Source of the DNA: Candidatus Falkowbacteria bacterium | Lineage (GTDB): Bacteria; Patescibacteriota; Patescibacteriia; Patescibacteriales; GWE2-39-37 | Reading direction: 5' to 3' | DNA: 64,000 nt | Assembly (NCBI GenBank): GCA_013336275.1 | Contig: JAAXUA010000003.1 | Coordinates: forward strand, 130,698-194,697 | Shown here: in pieces, positions 36,404 to 44,115 of the stretch | How the letters are laid out: every line of letters starts with the position of its first letter | Numbering within the stretch: position 1 is the first letter of the stretch | The notes under the pieces: generated by a model | Databases searched by the model: none | What the model was told of the DNA's origin: nothing | What the model saw: only the letters and a program-made list of their open reading frames with translations | Made by a program: the position numbers and the translations under genes

Positions 36404-38428
36404 ATGATTATCGGATTAATTTTGGGAAGTGCGCTGTTGGCCATCATTTATGGCGCAGTGCTCATCAAAATGGTAACTAAGCTGTCTGCAGGAAATGAGA
36501 AGATGCAGGACATCGCCAAGGCGATCCAAGAAGGCGCTCGCGCTTATCTTAACCGCCAGTACAAGACCGTCGCTGTGGTGGCCGCTGTACTGTTCATCAT
36601 AATCGGCTTCGTGCCGAGTCTGGGCTGGAAAACGGCCATCGCCTTCATTATCGGTGCCGGCTTGTCGGCTTTGACCGGTTACATCGGCATGAATGTATCA
36701 GTCCGCGCGAATGTCCGCACCGCTGAAGCGGCACGCGGCGGCATGCAGAAAGCTCTCGACGTCGCATTCCGCGGCGGCAGCGTCACCGGATTACTGGTGG
36801 TCGGCTTGGGCCTCTTGGGAACGGCCGGTTTTTATTTCGTGACCAAGGACACCCACGCCTTGATCGGTCTGGGTTTCGGCGGTTCGTTGATTTCCATATT
36901 CGCTCGCTTGGGCGGCGGCATCTTCACCAAGGCAGCTGACGTCGGCGCCGACTTGGTCGGTAAAGTCGAAGCAGGAATTCCTGAAGATGACCCACGTAAC
37001 CCGGCCGTAATCGCCGACAACGTCGGAGACAACGTCGGAGATTGCGCTGGCATGGCTGCCGACTTGTTTGAGACTTATGCTGTGACTTCTGTGGCCACCA
37101 TGGTTCTTGGCTCGCTGATGTTCAGCAAGATGGATAGCGTAGACAATATAGTGGTCTATCCTTTGGTTCTGGGTGCGATTTCTATCATTACATCTATCAT
37201 CGGTACCTTTTTCGTCAAGCTGGGCAAGAGTAACAATATCATGGGCGCTTTGTACAAAGGCTTGATCGTGGCTGGCGTCTTGGCCGCAGCCGCTTTTTAT
37301 CCGGTCACCAAGTATATTCTGGGCGACTCCATCATTACCGATGCCGGACTAAAAATCACTTCAATCAACATCTATTGGGCGTCATTGATCGGTCTGGCCG
37401 TAACTGCTGCCATGGTCGTCATCACTGAATATTATACTTCTACTAAGTATTCCCCAGTCAAAGATATCGCTAAATCATCCGAGACTGGCCACGGCACCAA
37501 CATCATCACTGGCTTAGCCGTGTCGATGAAGTCCACCGCCGCTCCGGTCATCGTGATCGTTGCCGCTATTTTGGGTGCCTTTTCTTTGGCTGGTATCTAT
37601 GGCGTCGCCGTGGCGGCGATGGCCATGCTTTCGATGGCCGGAATTATCGTAGCCATCGATTCATATGGTCCGATTACCGATAACGCAGGCGGCATCGCCG
37701 AAATGGCTGAGATGGGAGAAGATGTGCGCAACGTTACTGATCCCCTCGACGCAGTCGGCAACACCACCAAGGCCGTAACCAAGGGCTATGCCATCGGCTC
37801 AGCCGCTTTAGCTGCTTTGGTGCTTTTTGCTGATTTCACCCACAGTCTGACAGCTGTTTCGGGCAAGGAGTTCGTGTTTGTTATTGATAACCCGTTCGTC
37901 TTGGCCGGTTTGCTAATCGGCGGTCTTTTGCCTTACTACTTCGGCGCTTTGTCGATGCAGGCCGTAGGCCGCGCCGCTGGTGCAGTCGTTGAGGAGGTCC
38001 GCCGCCAATTCAGGGAGAAGCCAGGCATCATGCAGGGAACTGACAAGCCGGATTATGGAAAAACTGTTGATATCGTCACCAAGGCGGCTATCAGCGAAAT
38101 GATCATCCCGGCCTTAATCCCGGTTGCCGCTCCGATTTTGGTCGGCTTATTCCTGGGCATCGAGGCCCTGGGCGGCCTCTTGGTCGGCTCGATCATTACG
38201 GGCATCTTCGTCGCCATTTCTATGACCTCTGGCGGCGGCGCTTGGGATAACGCCAAGAAATACATCGAAGAAGGCCATCATGGCGGCAAGGGCAGTTTTG
38301 CCCATCAGGCAGCCGTGACCGGAGACACCGTCGGCGATCCGTATAAGGATACCGCCGGTCCGGCCATCAACCCGATGATCAAGATCATGAATATCGTGGC
38401 CTTGCTGATTATCGGACTGTTAGTATAA
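36404..38428 (+). CDS. hppA: membrane-bound H+-translocating pyrophosphatase, K+-independent type
   Basis: [29 protein letters not shown], and [16 protein letters not shown] (Lys in GNTTKA is the marker I recall for K+-independent enzymes). Confidence 0.95.
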   Translation: MIIGLILGSALLAIIYGAVLIKMVTKLSAGNEKMQDIAKAIQEGARAYLNRQYKTVAVVAAVLFIIIGFVPSLGWKTAIAFIIGAGLSALTGYIGMNVSVRANVRTAEAARGGMQKALDVAFRGGSVTGLLVVGLGLLGTAGFYFVTKDTHALIGLGFGGSLISIFARLGGGIFTKAADVGADLVGKVEAGIPEDDPRNPAVIADNVGDNVGDCAGMAADLFETYAVTSVATMVLGSLMFSKMDSVDNIVVYPLVLGAISIITSIIGTFFVKLGKSNNIMGALYKGLIVAGVLAAAAFYPVTKYILGDSIITDAGLKITSINIYWASLIGLAVTAAMVVITEYYTSTKYSPVKDIAKSSETGHGTNIITGLAVSMKSTAAPVIVIVAAILGAFSLAGIYGVAVAAMAMLSMAGIIVAIDSYGPITDNAGGIAEMAEMGEDVRNVTDPLDAVGNTTKAVTKGYAIGSAALAALVLFADFTHSLTAVSGKEFVFVIDNPFVLAGLLIGGLLPYYFGALSMQAVGRAAGAVVEEVRRQFREKPGIMQGTDKPDYGKTVDIVTKAAISEMIIPALIPVAAPILVGLFLGIEALGGLLVGSIITGIFVAISMTSGGGAWDNAKKYIEEGHHGGKGSFAHQAAVTGDTVGDPYKDTAGPAINPMIKIMNIVALLIIGLLV

Positions 38429-38537
38429 TTTGATTTTTCTTTGCGGAGATGGATTGATCATCTCCGCAGCTGAGCAATCAAGCTCGTACATTTAACCCGG
38501 CGCAATAATGCGCCATACTACCAAGCGGAGGTAATGT

Positions 38538-38777
38538 ATGAAAAATGGACGTGAGCCACGCAGACATGGTGTAGAAAAGAAAGAGTTGAATGTGGTAGCC
38601 AAGATCCGCGGCTTAGGCAAGGTGACCGTTGTCAGCTCGCACAAGCCCCAGCACTGCAAGGTGAGCGGAATACTGACGACCATCGGTCTCAAAGTTGTCA
38701 GCACCGGTCATCAGATCAGCTGCCACTCGGCGCATATCAGAAAAGGTATCGCCCTACTCAAAACCAGTTTCGCATAG
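38538..38777 (+). CDS. hypothetical small His/Cys-containing protein (79 aa)
   Basis: GGAGG 6 nt upstream, with a strong terminator-like hairpin downstream (GAGGGGAGAG...CTCTCCCCTC). Internal repeat VVSSHKPQHC / VVSTGHQISC. No family recognised. Confidence 0.4.
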   Translation: MKNGREPRRHGVEKKELNVVAKIRGLGKVTVVSSHKPQHCKVSGILTTIGLKVVSTGHQISCHSAHIRKGIALLKTSFA

Positions 38778-38878
38778 CGCTCAAGCTTACCCGACTAAAG
38801 TAGCGAGGCAGCCGCCTCGACCAATGAGGGGAGAGACCAACTCTCCCCTCCCTTTGATTAATTAATATTAAAATAGTT

Positions 38879-40165
38879 ATGAAAATCGAACGCAAGGATT
38901 TAGAGAAGGGACAGATCGAATTATTGATCGAAGTTCCGGCTGAAGAGGTTAAGAAATATCTTTCTCGCGCTGTCGAAAAGCTGTCGAACGAGGTTAAGAT
39001 CGAGGGTTTCCGTCCAGGCAAAGCTTCTTTCGAGGCGATGAAATTGAAAATCGGCGAACTGCCGATTTATGAAGAGGCCGCCCGCTTCGTGATCAATAAG
39101 ACCCTGGGCAAAGTGCTTGAAGATGAGGTTAAGGAAACCATAATCGGCCAACCTGAGGTTAATATCACAAAATTGGCGCCAGACAACCCGCTTGAATACA
39201 AGGTTATTGTCACCAAACTGCCCGAAGTTACACTGGGCCAGTATAAGGATTTGGAAATGAAGCAGGACAAGGTCAAGGTTGATGATGAAGACGTAGCCAA
39301 GCTGCTCTCCGAGCTCAGAGAGATGCGAGTGAAGGAAGTTATCAGCGAAGAGGCGGTCGGAGAGAATGACAAGATCGTGGTTGACATTAATATGTCCATC
39401 GACAACGTCCCGGTTGAAGGCGGTCAAGCCAAGGACACCGCCGTTGTTATGGGTAAGGGCTATGTCGTTCCGGGTTTCGATAAGCAACTGATCGGCGCCA
39501 AGAAGGGTGATGAGCGCGCCTTCGCTCTGCACTTCCCGGAGAACCATCATCAGAAGAATCTTGCTGGCAAGATGGTTGATTTCGCAGTAAAGATCAAGGA
39601 CGTGTACAAGCGCGAATTGCCCGAGCTGGATGACCAGTTCGCTGTCGGTTTCGGCTCCCGCACAGTCGAGTTGCTGAAAGAAGACATCAAGAAATCAATT
39701 GAGAAGGAAAAGGAACAGCAGGCCGGTCAGAAGATCGAGATTGAATTATTGAACAAGCTGATCGAAACTAGCAAGTTCGGCGATATTCCGGAGCAGATGG
39801 TCGAGCGCGAAACGCACACCATGATGCACGAGCTTGAGCATGATGTCGAGCATCAAGGAGCTAATTTTGATGACTATCTGTCTAGCCTGAAAAAGAGTCG
39901 CGCACAAATCATGCTGGATATGACACCCGACGCCGTGAAACGAGTCAAATCGTCTTTGATTATCCGTCAGATTGCCATCGACGAGAAGGTTACTGTCGAG
40001 AAGGAAGAGATTGAAGAAGAGATCCGTCATATCCTGAGCCATTATCCGAACAACCCTGAAGTGGCCGAGCGTATCAACTCACATGATTATTACCATTATC
40101 TGGAAAATTCGATGACCAATCGAAAAGTCATAAAGAAGTTGCACGATTGGAACGTTAAGAAATAA
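38879..40165 (+). CDS. tig: trigger factor
   Basis: N-terminal ribosome-binding signature GFRPGKAS, a central FKBP-like region and a C-terminal helical arm; 428 aa. Confidence 0.9.
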   Translation: MKIERKDLEKGQIELLIEVPAEEVKKYLSRAVEKLSNEVKIEGFRPGKASFEAMKLKIGELPIYEEAARFVINKTLGKVLEDEVKETIIGQPEVNITKLAPDNPLEYKVIVTKLPEVTLGQYKDLEMKQDKVKVDDEDVAKLLSELREMRVKEVISEEAVGENDKIVVDINMSIDNVPVEGGQAKDTAVVMGKGYVVPGFDKQLIGAKKGDERAFALHFPENHHQKNLAGKMVDFAVKIKDVYKRELPELDDQFAVGFGSRTVELLKEDIKKSIEKEKEQQAGQKIEIELLNKLIETSKFGDIPEQMVERETHTMMHELEHDVEHQGANFDDYLSSLKKSRAQIMLDMTPDAVKRVKSSLIIRQIAIDEKVTVEKEEIEEEIRHILSHYPNNPEVAERINSHDYYHYLENSMTNRKVIKKLHDWNVKK

Positions 40166-40216
40166 GCAAATTCAATAAAAAAACATCCCCCCACCATGGA
40201 GGATGTTTTTTTATTG

Positions 40217-40299
40217 TGCCGCGGGAGGGACTCGAACCCTCACGAGATTGCTCTCAGCAGATTTTAAGTCTGCCGCGTATACCATTCCGCCACCACGGC
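40217..40299 (-). tRNA. tRNA-Leu (TAA), type II long variable arm
   Basis: Reverse complement GCCGTGGTGGCGGAATGG...GCAGACTTAAAATCTGC...GAGGGTTCGAGTCCCTCCCGCGGCA. Confidence 0.9.
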
Positions 40300-40344
40300 T
40301 TGCGATGGAAAATGCCAAAGCTCCGAAACCGGAGCTTAGTGCTG

Positions 40345-40721
40345 TGGAGATGAGGAGAGTTGAACTCCTGTCTAATGAAGTTTTTAAAAACAGTTTACAA
40401 GCCGTAGCTACTTTATTTGTCTAGCTGTAATCATCAAAAGTGGCAAAAGCGATTACAGCGATCCCTGAAATTTCGGACAAACGACCAGGGCCTTCGATTG
40501 CCTATCTCTGAAGAATAACACCCGGATCGCGAGACCAGAGACTACCCGCGGCGGATGGTTGCGGCTATTAAGCGGCAACAGGTGCAAAGGCAGGTACCTT
40601 CCAGGTAAAGCCTTTGGCTAAAGTGTTTTTGGCACTTATGAATTTGAACCAGTTTTAGGCGATGATTCAGCGCCGGCTTGAGTGTTTTCAAAGTTCTTCA
40701 CTATCGATGCCCGTCATCCCC
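40345..40721 (-). ncRNA. ssrA: tmRNA (ssrA)
   Basis: The 5' GGGGATGACGGGCATCGA pairs with 3' ...CATCTCCA, including the G3:U wobble. T-arm GGAGTTCAACTCTCC. Internal tag frame GCC AAA AAC ... GCA CCT GTT GCC GCT TAA TAG gives (AKNTLAKGFTWKVP)AFAPVAA** (complement of 40565-40633). Immediately downstream of smpB. Confidence 0.85.
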
Positions 40722-40738
40722 ATGATAGTGTCTAGATA

Positions 40739-41206
40739 CTATTGGAGACGGTGCTTGGTCAAGGTTTTTAGGGTGCGGTCAGATTCCCGTTTCTTGATTA
40801 CTTCCCGTTTATCGTATTTCTTACGACCCTTGCCGATGCCGAACTCTAGCTTAAGTAAGCTGCGTTTAGTATAGATTTTAATCGGAACCAGTGTCAAGCC
40901 TTGTTCCTGCTTCTTGCCGATCAGATAGTTGATCTCTTTCTTTTTCAAAAGCAGCTTGCGTGAACGGTAGGGATCGTAGCCATCAACTTTGCTGGCGTGC
41001 TTGTAAACCGGAATATGAGCATTAATCAGATAGAGTTCAGGCAATTTCGGCCCGCTGGCTTTGACTGTGACGAACGCGCCTTTTAGGCTAACATGACCGG
41101 TTTTTACTGATTTAACCTCTTGGCCAGACAAAACCAGCCCAGCCTCGTAGGTTTGGTTGATGTCGTAGTCGAATTTGGCGCGTTTGTTGTAGGCTAAAGT
41201 TGGCAT
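40739..41206 (-). CDS. smpB: SsrA-binding protein SmpB
   Basis: NKRAKFDYDI...EAGLVLSGQEVKSVK...YRSRKLLLKKKEI. Confidence 0.95.
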   Translation of the reverse strand: MPTLAYNKRAKFDYDINQTYEAGLVLSGQEVKSVKTGHVSLKGAFVTVKASGPKLPELYLINAHIPVYKHASKVDGYDPYRSRKLLLKKKEINYLIGKKQEQGLTLVPIKIYTKRSLLKLEFGIGKGRKKYDKREVIKKRESDRTLKTLTKHRLQ

Positions 41207-41355
41207 ATAATTGCTTAATTCTAGTATAATTCCAGACTATTTACAACCTCTTGCCAAAAATAATAAAATTATCTATACTAACCTTTAGTAAAAAGCTCGA
41301 ACAAAGCTTTTTCTATTTTTCCACAATTAGTATCAAGCAGTCTTAAAGGCAGAGA

Positions 41356-41427
41356 GCGGGTATCGTATAATGGCTATTACATTACCTTGCCATGGTAGAG
41401 ATGGGGGTTCGATTCCCCCTACCCGCT
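41356..41427 (+). tRNA. tRNA-Gly (GCC)
   Basis: GCGGGTATCGTATAATGGCTATTACATTACCTTGCCATGGTAGAGATGGGGGTTCGATTCCCCCTACCCGCT. Acceptor GCGGGTA/TACCCGC, anticodon loop TTGCCAT, discriminator U. Confidence 0.9.
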
Positions 41428-41450
41428 CCCTGCTTTTAAATTTCTCAAAG

Positions 41451-41542
41451 AGGGGTATCGCCTGCCTGCCGGCAGGCAGGTATAATGGCTATTACATTAC
41501 CTTGCCATGGTAGAGATGGGGGTTCGATTCCCCCTACCCGCT
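41451..41542 (+). pseudogene. second tRNA-Gly(GCC) copy disrupted by a 20-nt palindrome in the D-loop, with two acceptor-stem changes
   Basis: Identical to copy 1 from TATAATGG to the discriminator. Positions 1-2 read AG instead of GC, giving two acceptor mismatches. CCTGCCTGCCGGCAGGCAGG is inserted between ...GGTATCG and TATAATGG. Confidence 0.6.
41461..41480. repeat. 20-nt perfect palindrome CCTGCCTGCCGGCAGGCAGG (copy 1)
   Basis: Read directly; identical to 53934-53953. Confidence 0.95.
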
Positions 41543-41554
41543 CAAGAAGCAAAA

Positions 41555-41578
41555 ACAGTCCTAATAGGGCTGTTTTTT
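41555..41578 (+). terminator. intrinsic terminator after the tRNA-Gly pair
   Basis: ACAGTCC-TAATA-GGGCTGT followed by TTTTT. Confidence 0.6.
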
Positions 41579-41736
41579 GCAGTTTTGGCTGATTTTAGTA
41601 TTGACTAATAATAAAAATCATGCTTTAGTATATGATTGCCGTTTTTTGGCAAATGTTCTTAAAAACAACAAATAACTATGGTGCAGATGAGCTGCAACAT
41701 ATCACAACGCCCAAGAGGCAACGAAAGGAGAAAGTG

Positions 41737-43005
41737 ATGCAAAAATGCAACTGTAGGCTGGGAGGGAAGGATTTGACGAGCGCGGTGTTGACGTATAACC
41801 AGTTTTTTGACGACTTGAAGAAGTGCTTCGTCGGACGGGATCGGGTGATAGATAATCTCCGATTTGCCATGGTGCAGAAACAGCACCTCCTGACCTTCGG
41901 ACCTCCGGGAACCTCCAAAACCGCCATCTTCGACGTCCTGTACAGCGGTTTGACCGAGGCGAACGGCTTCCATGCCGAGCTGTCGATGTTCATGACCGAG
42001 GACGCGCTTTTCGGACCCTACAACCCCAAGAAGATGAGGGAAGAAGGCGTATTGGAGCACAACGTTTCCGGCATGCTGCCGGAAGCGAACGTGGCGCGCC
42101 TCGGAGAATTCCTGGACGCCAACATGCCGCTGCTCAGGTCGACCTTGTCGGCCTTGAACGAACGGCGCATGGTGCGGGGAAGGCAGAATCTGAGCATCCC
42201 GCTCATTACAGCCTACTGTGATACCAACACCAACCCCGGGACTTTCCTGGAACGCCACCCCGAAGCCTGGGCAGTGCTCGACCGTTTCCTTTTCATGGCC
42301 TACGTCGACTACCTGTCTGACCCCGCAGAAATCACCGAGATGCTGCTTCGCTTCCAGGGAGGCAACGTCACCAACCTGTCCGGACGGCTTTCGATCAATC
42401 TGATCAACGAACTGTCGCGCCTGACGCTTGAGCCGCCATCGATCATCAAGAGCGAATTGATTTTCAGGAAGCTGGCTCAGGGTATGCAGGAATACCGCAT
42501 CCAACGACGCGCCGCCATCAGCGGCGATAAGCTCCCGGGAATAATCCTTCCGGAGATTTCTGATCGGCGGCTTTGCTGGGCCTCACAGGTTGCCGAAGTA
42601 AACGCCATCTTGAACGGCCGCGAGGAAGTCGTAGCCGAAGATATCGTGGCCCTGAAACAGGTGCTCGGTACCACCGCTGCTGAAGAAGAGATGTGGGTAA
42701 AAATCGCTGCCAAGATCATCGAAGAGGTGAAGGAAGAGCAGAAGATGCAGCTTGACCACGCGCAGTACATCGCCCTTGAAGGCCTGATCAAAGAGCTCGA
42801 CCAGATCGACCCGTCGGCAGCTGCTGACATCACGGCGCTGAAGCAGCTTGGCGAGAATCTCATGTCCCTGAAAAGGCAAGTTGAGATCATCGTTCCGGAA
42901 AACGACCAGGTAGCTTCGCTTTCAAAAAGGGCCTCCGGCATAATCACTGACAAGACTTCAGCTATCAGGGGACACGCAGCGACATTTGCCGGCATGACCA
43001 ACTAA
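41737..43005 (+). CDS. RavA/MoxR-like AAA+ ATPase with long helical C-terminal region
   Basis: GAAAGGAG SD. Walker A GPPGTSKT. LPEANVARLGEFLDANMPLLRSTLSALNER aligns without gaps with my recollection of RavA [36 protein letters not shown] sensor region. The track ORF begins at 41632. Confidence 0.8.
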   Translation: MQKCNCRLGGKDLTSAVLTYNQFFDDLKKCFVGRDRVIDNLRFAMVQKQHLLTFGPPGTSKTAIFDVLYSGLTEANGFHAELSMFMTEDALFGPYNPKKMREEGVLEHNVSGMLPEANVARLGEFLDANMPLLRSTLSALNERRMVRGRQNLSIPLITAYCDTNTNPGTFLERHPEAWAVLDRFLFMAYVDYLSDPAEITEMLLRFQGGNVTNLSGRLSINLINELSRLTLEPPSIIKSELIFRKLAQGMQEYRIQRRAAISGDKLPGIILPEISDRRLCWASQVAEVNAILNGREEVVAEDIVALKQVLGTTAAEEEMWVKIAAKIIEEVKEEQKMQLDHAQYIALEGLIKELDQIDPSAAADITALKQLGENLMSLKRQVEIIVPENDQVASLSKRASGIITDKTSAIRGHAATFAGMTN

Positions 43006-43013
43006 CCCAGGAG

Positions 43014-43976
43014 GTGATCGCTTTGCTTTTACCATTATTAGCAGGCGCCGCAGCTGTTGCAGCGGCCGCAGCATTGGCCTGGTATCTCTGGAAGAAAATC
43101 AGGAATAGCCAGGAAGAACAGCAGCAAGAACAGAGCGGTTTTCCCGGGAATCAAGGAGAAGGAGGAGGATCGAGAGGCGACAATCAGCAATCAGGACCGA
43201 GCCAGGAAGAACGTGAACGGCGCGCTCGCGAAGACATGGCGCGCAAGAACGAACTGTTGCGCTCGATAGTCAAGTCGATCGAGTTTTCGACCCGCGAAGT
43301 GGTTTCTGATATCCAGCTGCCCGGGACTTTACCCAGGCAATCGATCGTGCCGACCTCGAATTACAATGTCAGGCCGATCAAAGGTGCGGGCGAGTTCTCT
43401 TCGATACTCCCGTCGGCCCACATGCTTGATGATGAACAGTTTTATGGCCGCCTTTCCGCCAACAACTTGCTGGTGTCAGAATATCACGAGTATTACGGCA
43501 GCGGACGTCGCGTCCTTTTCGCCGCTTTCGACGGATCGGGCAGTATGGAGAAATACGGGCGCGCCCAGTGGGCCATCGGCCTTTGCGAGGCGATAATCGA
43601 TCGTTGTATCGAGCAGCAGGCCGAGCTCTACCTCTTGGTATATTCCGGAGTAATCAAGGGCGTGTATCACGTTTTTGACCGCAAGTCGGCCGAGGCGGTG
43701 AAGAGGAAGCTTAGGGAAATTCTCAGCCCCGAGGGAGGTACCGATATCAACCTGGCGCTCGACACCATCTTCGATATGATCAAGTCGGGCAAGTTCGACG
43801 AGGCCCGCGCCCTGCTGGTGACCGACGGAACAGAATCGGTCGATGAGGAACACATCTTGCAACGGCGCAAAACTGAGAAGGTCTTCCTTCATACGGTCAG
43901 CATCGCCGGGGAAAGGGATGATCTGCGCCGGGTTTCCAGCCGCTTCGACCAGTTGGCCATGTTCTCCGGCTCATAG
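43014..43976 (+). CDS. membrane-anchored VWA-domain protein (ViaA-like partner)
   Basis: N-terminal TM (LLLPLLAGAAAVAAAAALAWYLW), Q/E/G-rich linker, and a VWA domain with MIDAS residues DGSGS...GGTD...TDG. The true start may be TTG 43023, 8 nt after AGGAGG. Confidence 0.8.
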   Translation: MIALLLPLLAGAAAVAAAAALAWYLWKKIRNSQEEQQQEQSGFPGNQGEGGGSRGDNQQSGPSQEERERRAREDMARKNELLRSIVKSIEFSTREVVSDIQLPGTLPRQSIVPTSNYNVRPIKGAGEFSSILPSAHMLDDEQFYGRLSANNLLVSEYHEYYGSGRRVLFAAFDGSGSMEKYGRAQWAIGLCEAIIDRCIEQQAELYLLVYSGVIKGVYHVFDRKSAEAVKRKLREILSPEGGTDINLALDTIFDMIKSGKFDEARALLVTDGTESVDEEHILQRRKTEKVFLHTVSIAGERDDLRRVSSRFDQLAMFSGS

Positions 43977-43998
43977 TTATTGAAACCAAGCACATTCA

Positions 43999-44029
43999 CC
44001 CCCGCTCTCACAAGGAGCGGGGCTTTTTT
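43999..44029 (+). terminator. intrinsic terminator after the VWA gene
   Basis: CCCCGCTC-TCACAAGG-GAGCGGGG followed by CTTTTTTA. Confidence 0.7.
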
Positions 44030-44115
44030 ATCCCTCATTTCCTCATTGATACTTAATCGAAATGATTATATAGTGAAAGTACTTAGGTTAGTAGTTTTTT
44101 AATAAAACAAAAGAT

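Noticed and set aside
38430-38880. Possible SRP RNA, RNase P RNA or 6S RNA between hppA and tig
   Set aside because: I could not find the conserved SRP domain IV or RNase P (GAGGAAAGTCC-type) strings. A small ORF with an SD and its own terminator explains the region at least as well.
38921-39550. 209-aa minus-strand ORF within tig, and similar long antisense ORFs (14381-14953 in the decarboxylase, 54247-54924 in rnj, 11282-11878 in pyk, 53070-53585 in the SBP gene, 58317-58787 in the permease)
   Set aside because: Each lies fully inside a gene with strong family motifs on the other strand. None has an SD or recognisable domains.
40203-40424. 73-aa plus-strand ORF
   Set aside because: It overlaps tRNA-Leu(TAA) and the 3' part of the tmRNA on the opposite strand, so it is an artefact of the RNA genes.
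41659-42504. 281-aa minus-strand ORF (plus 42477-43001, 174 aa) opposite the AAA+ ATPase gene
   Set aside because: It lies entirely antisense to a gene with clear Walker A and RavA-like motifs. It has an Arg/Gly/Gln-rich low-complexity composition typical of shadow ORFs in GC-richer coding sequence, and no SD.
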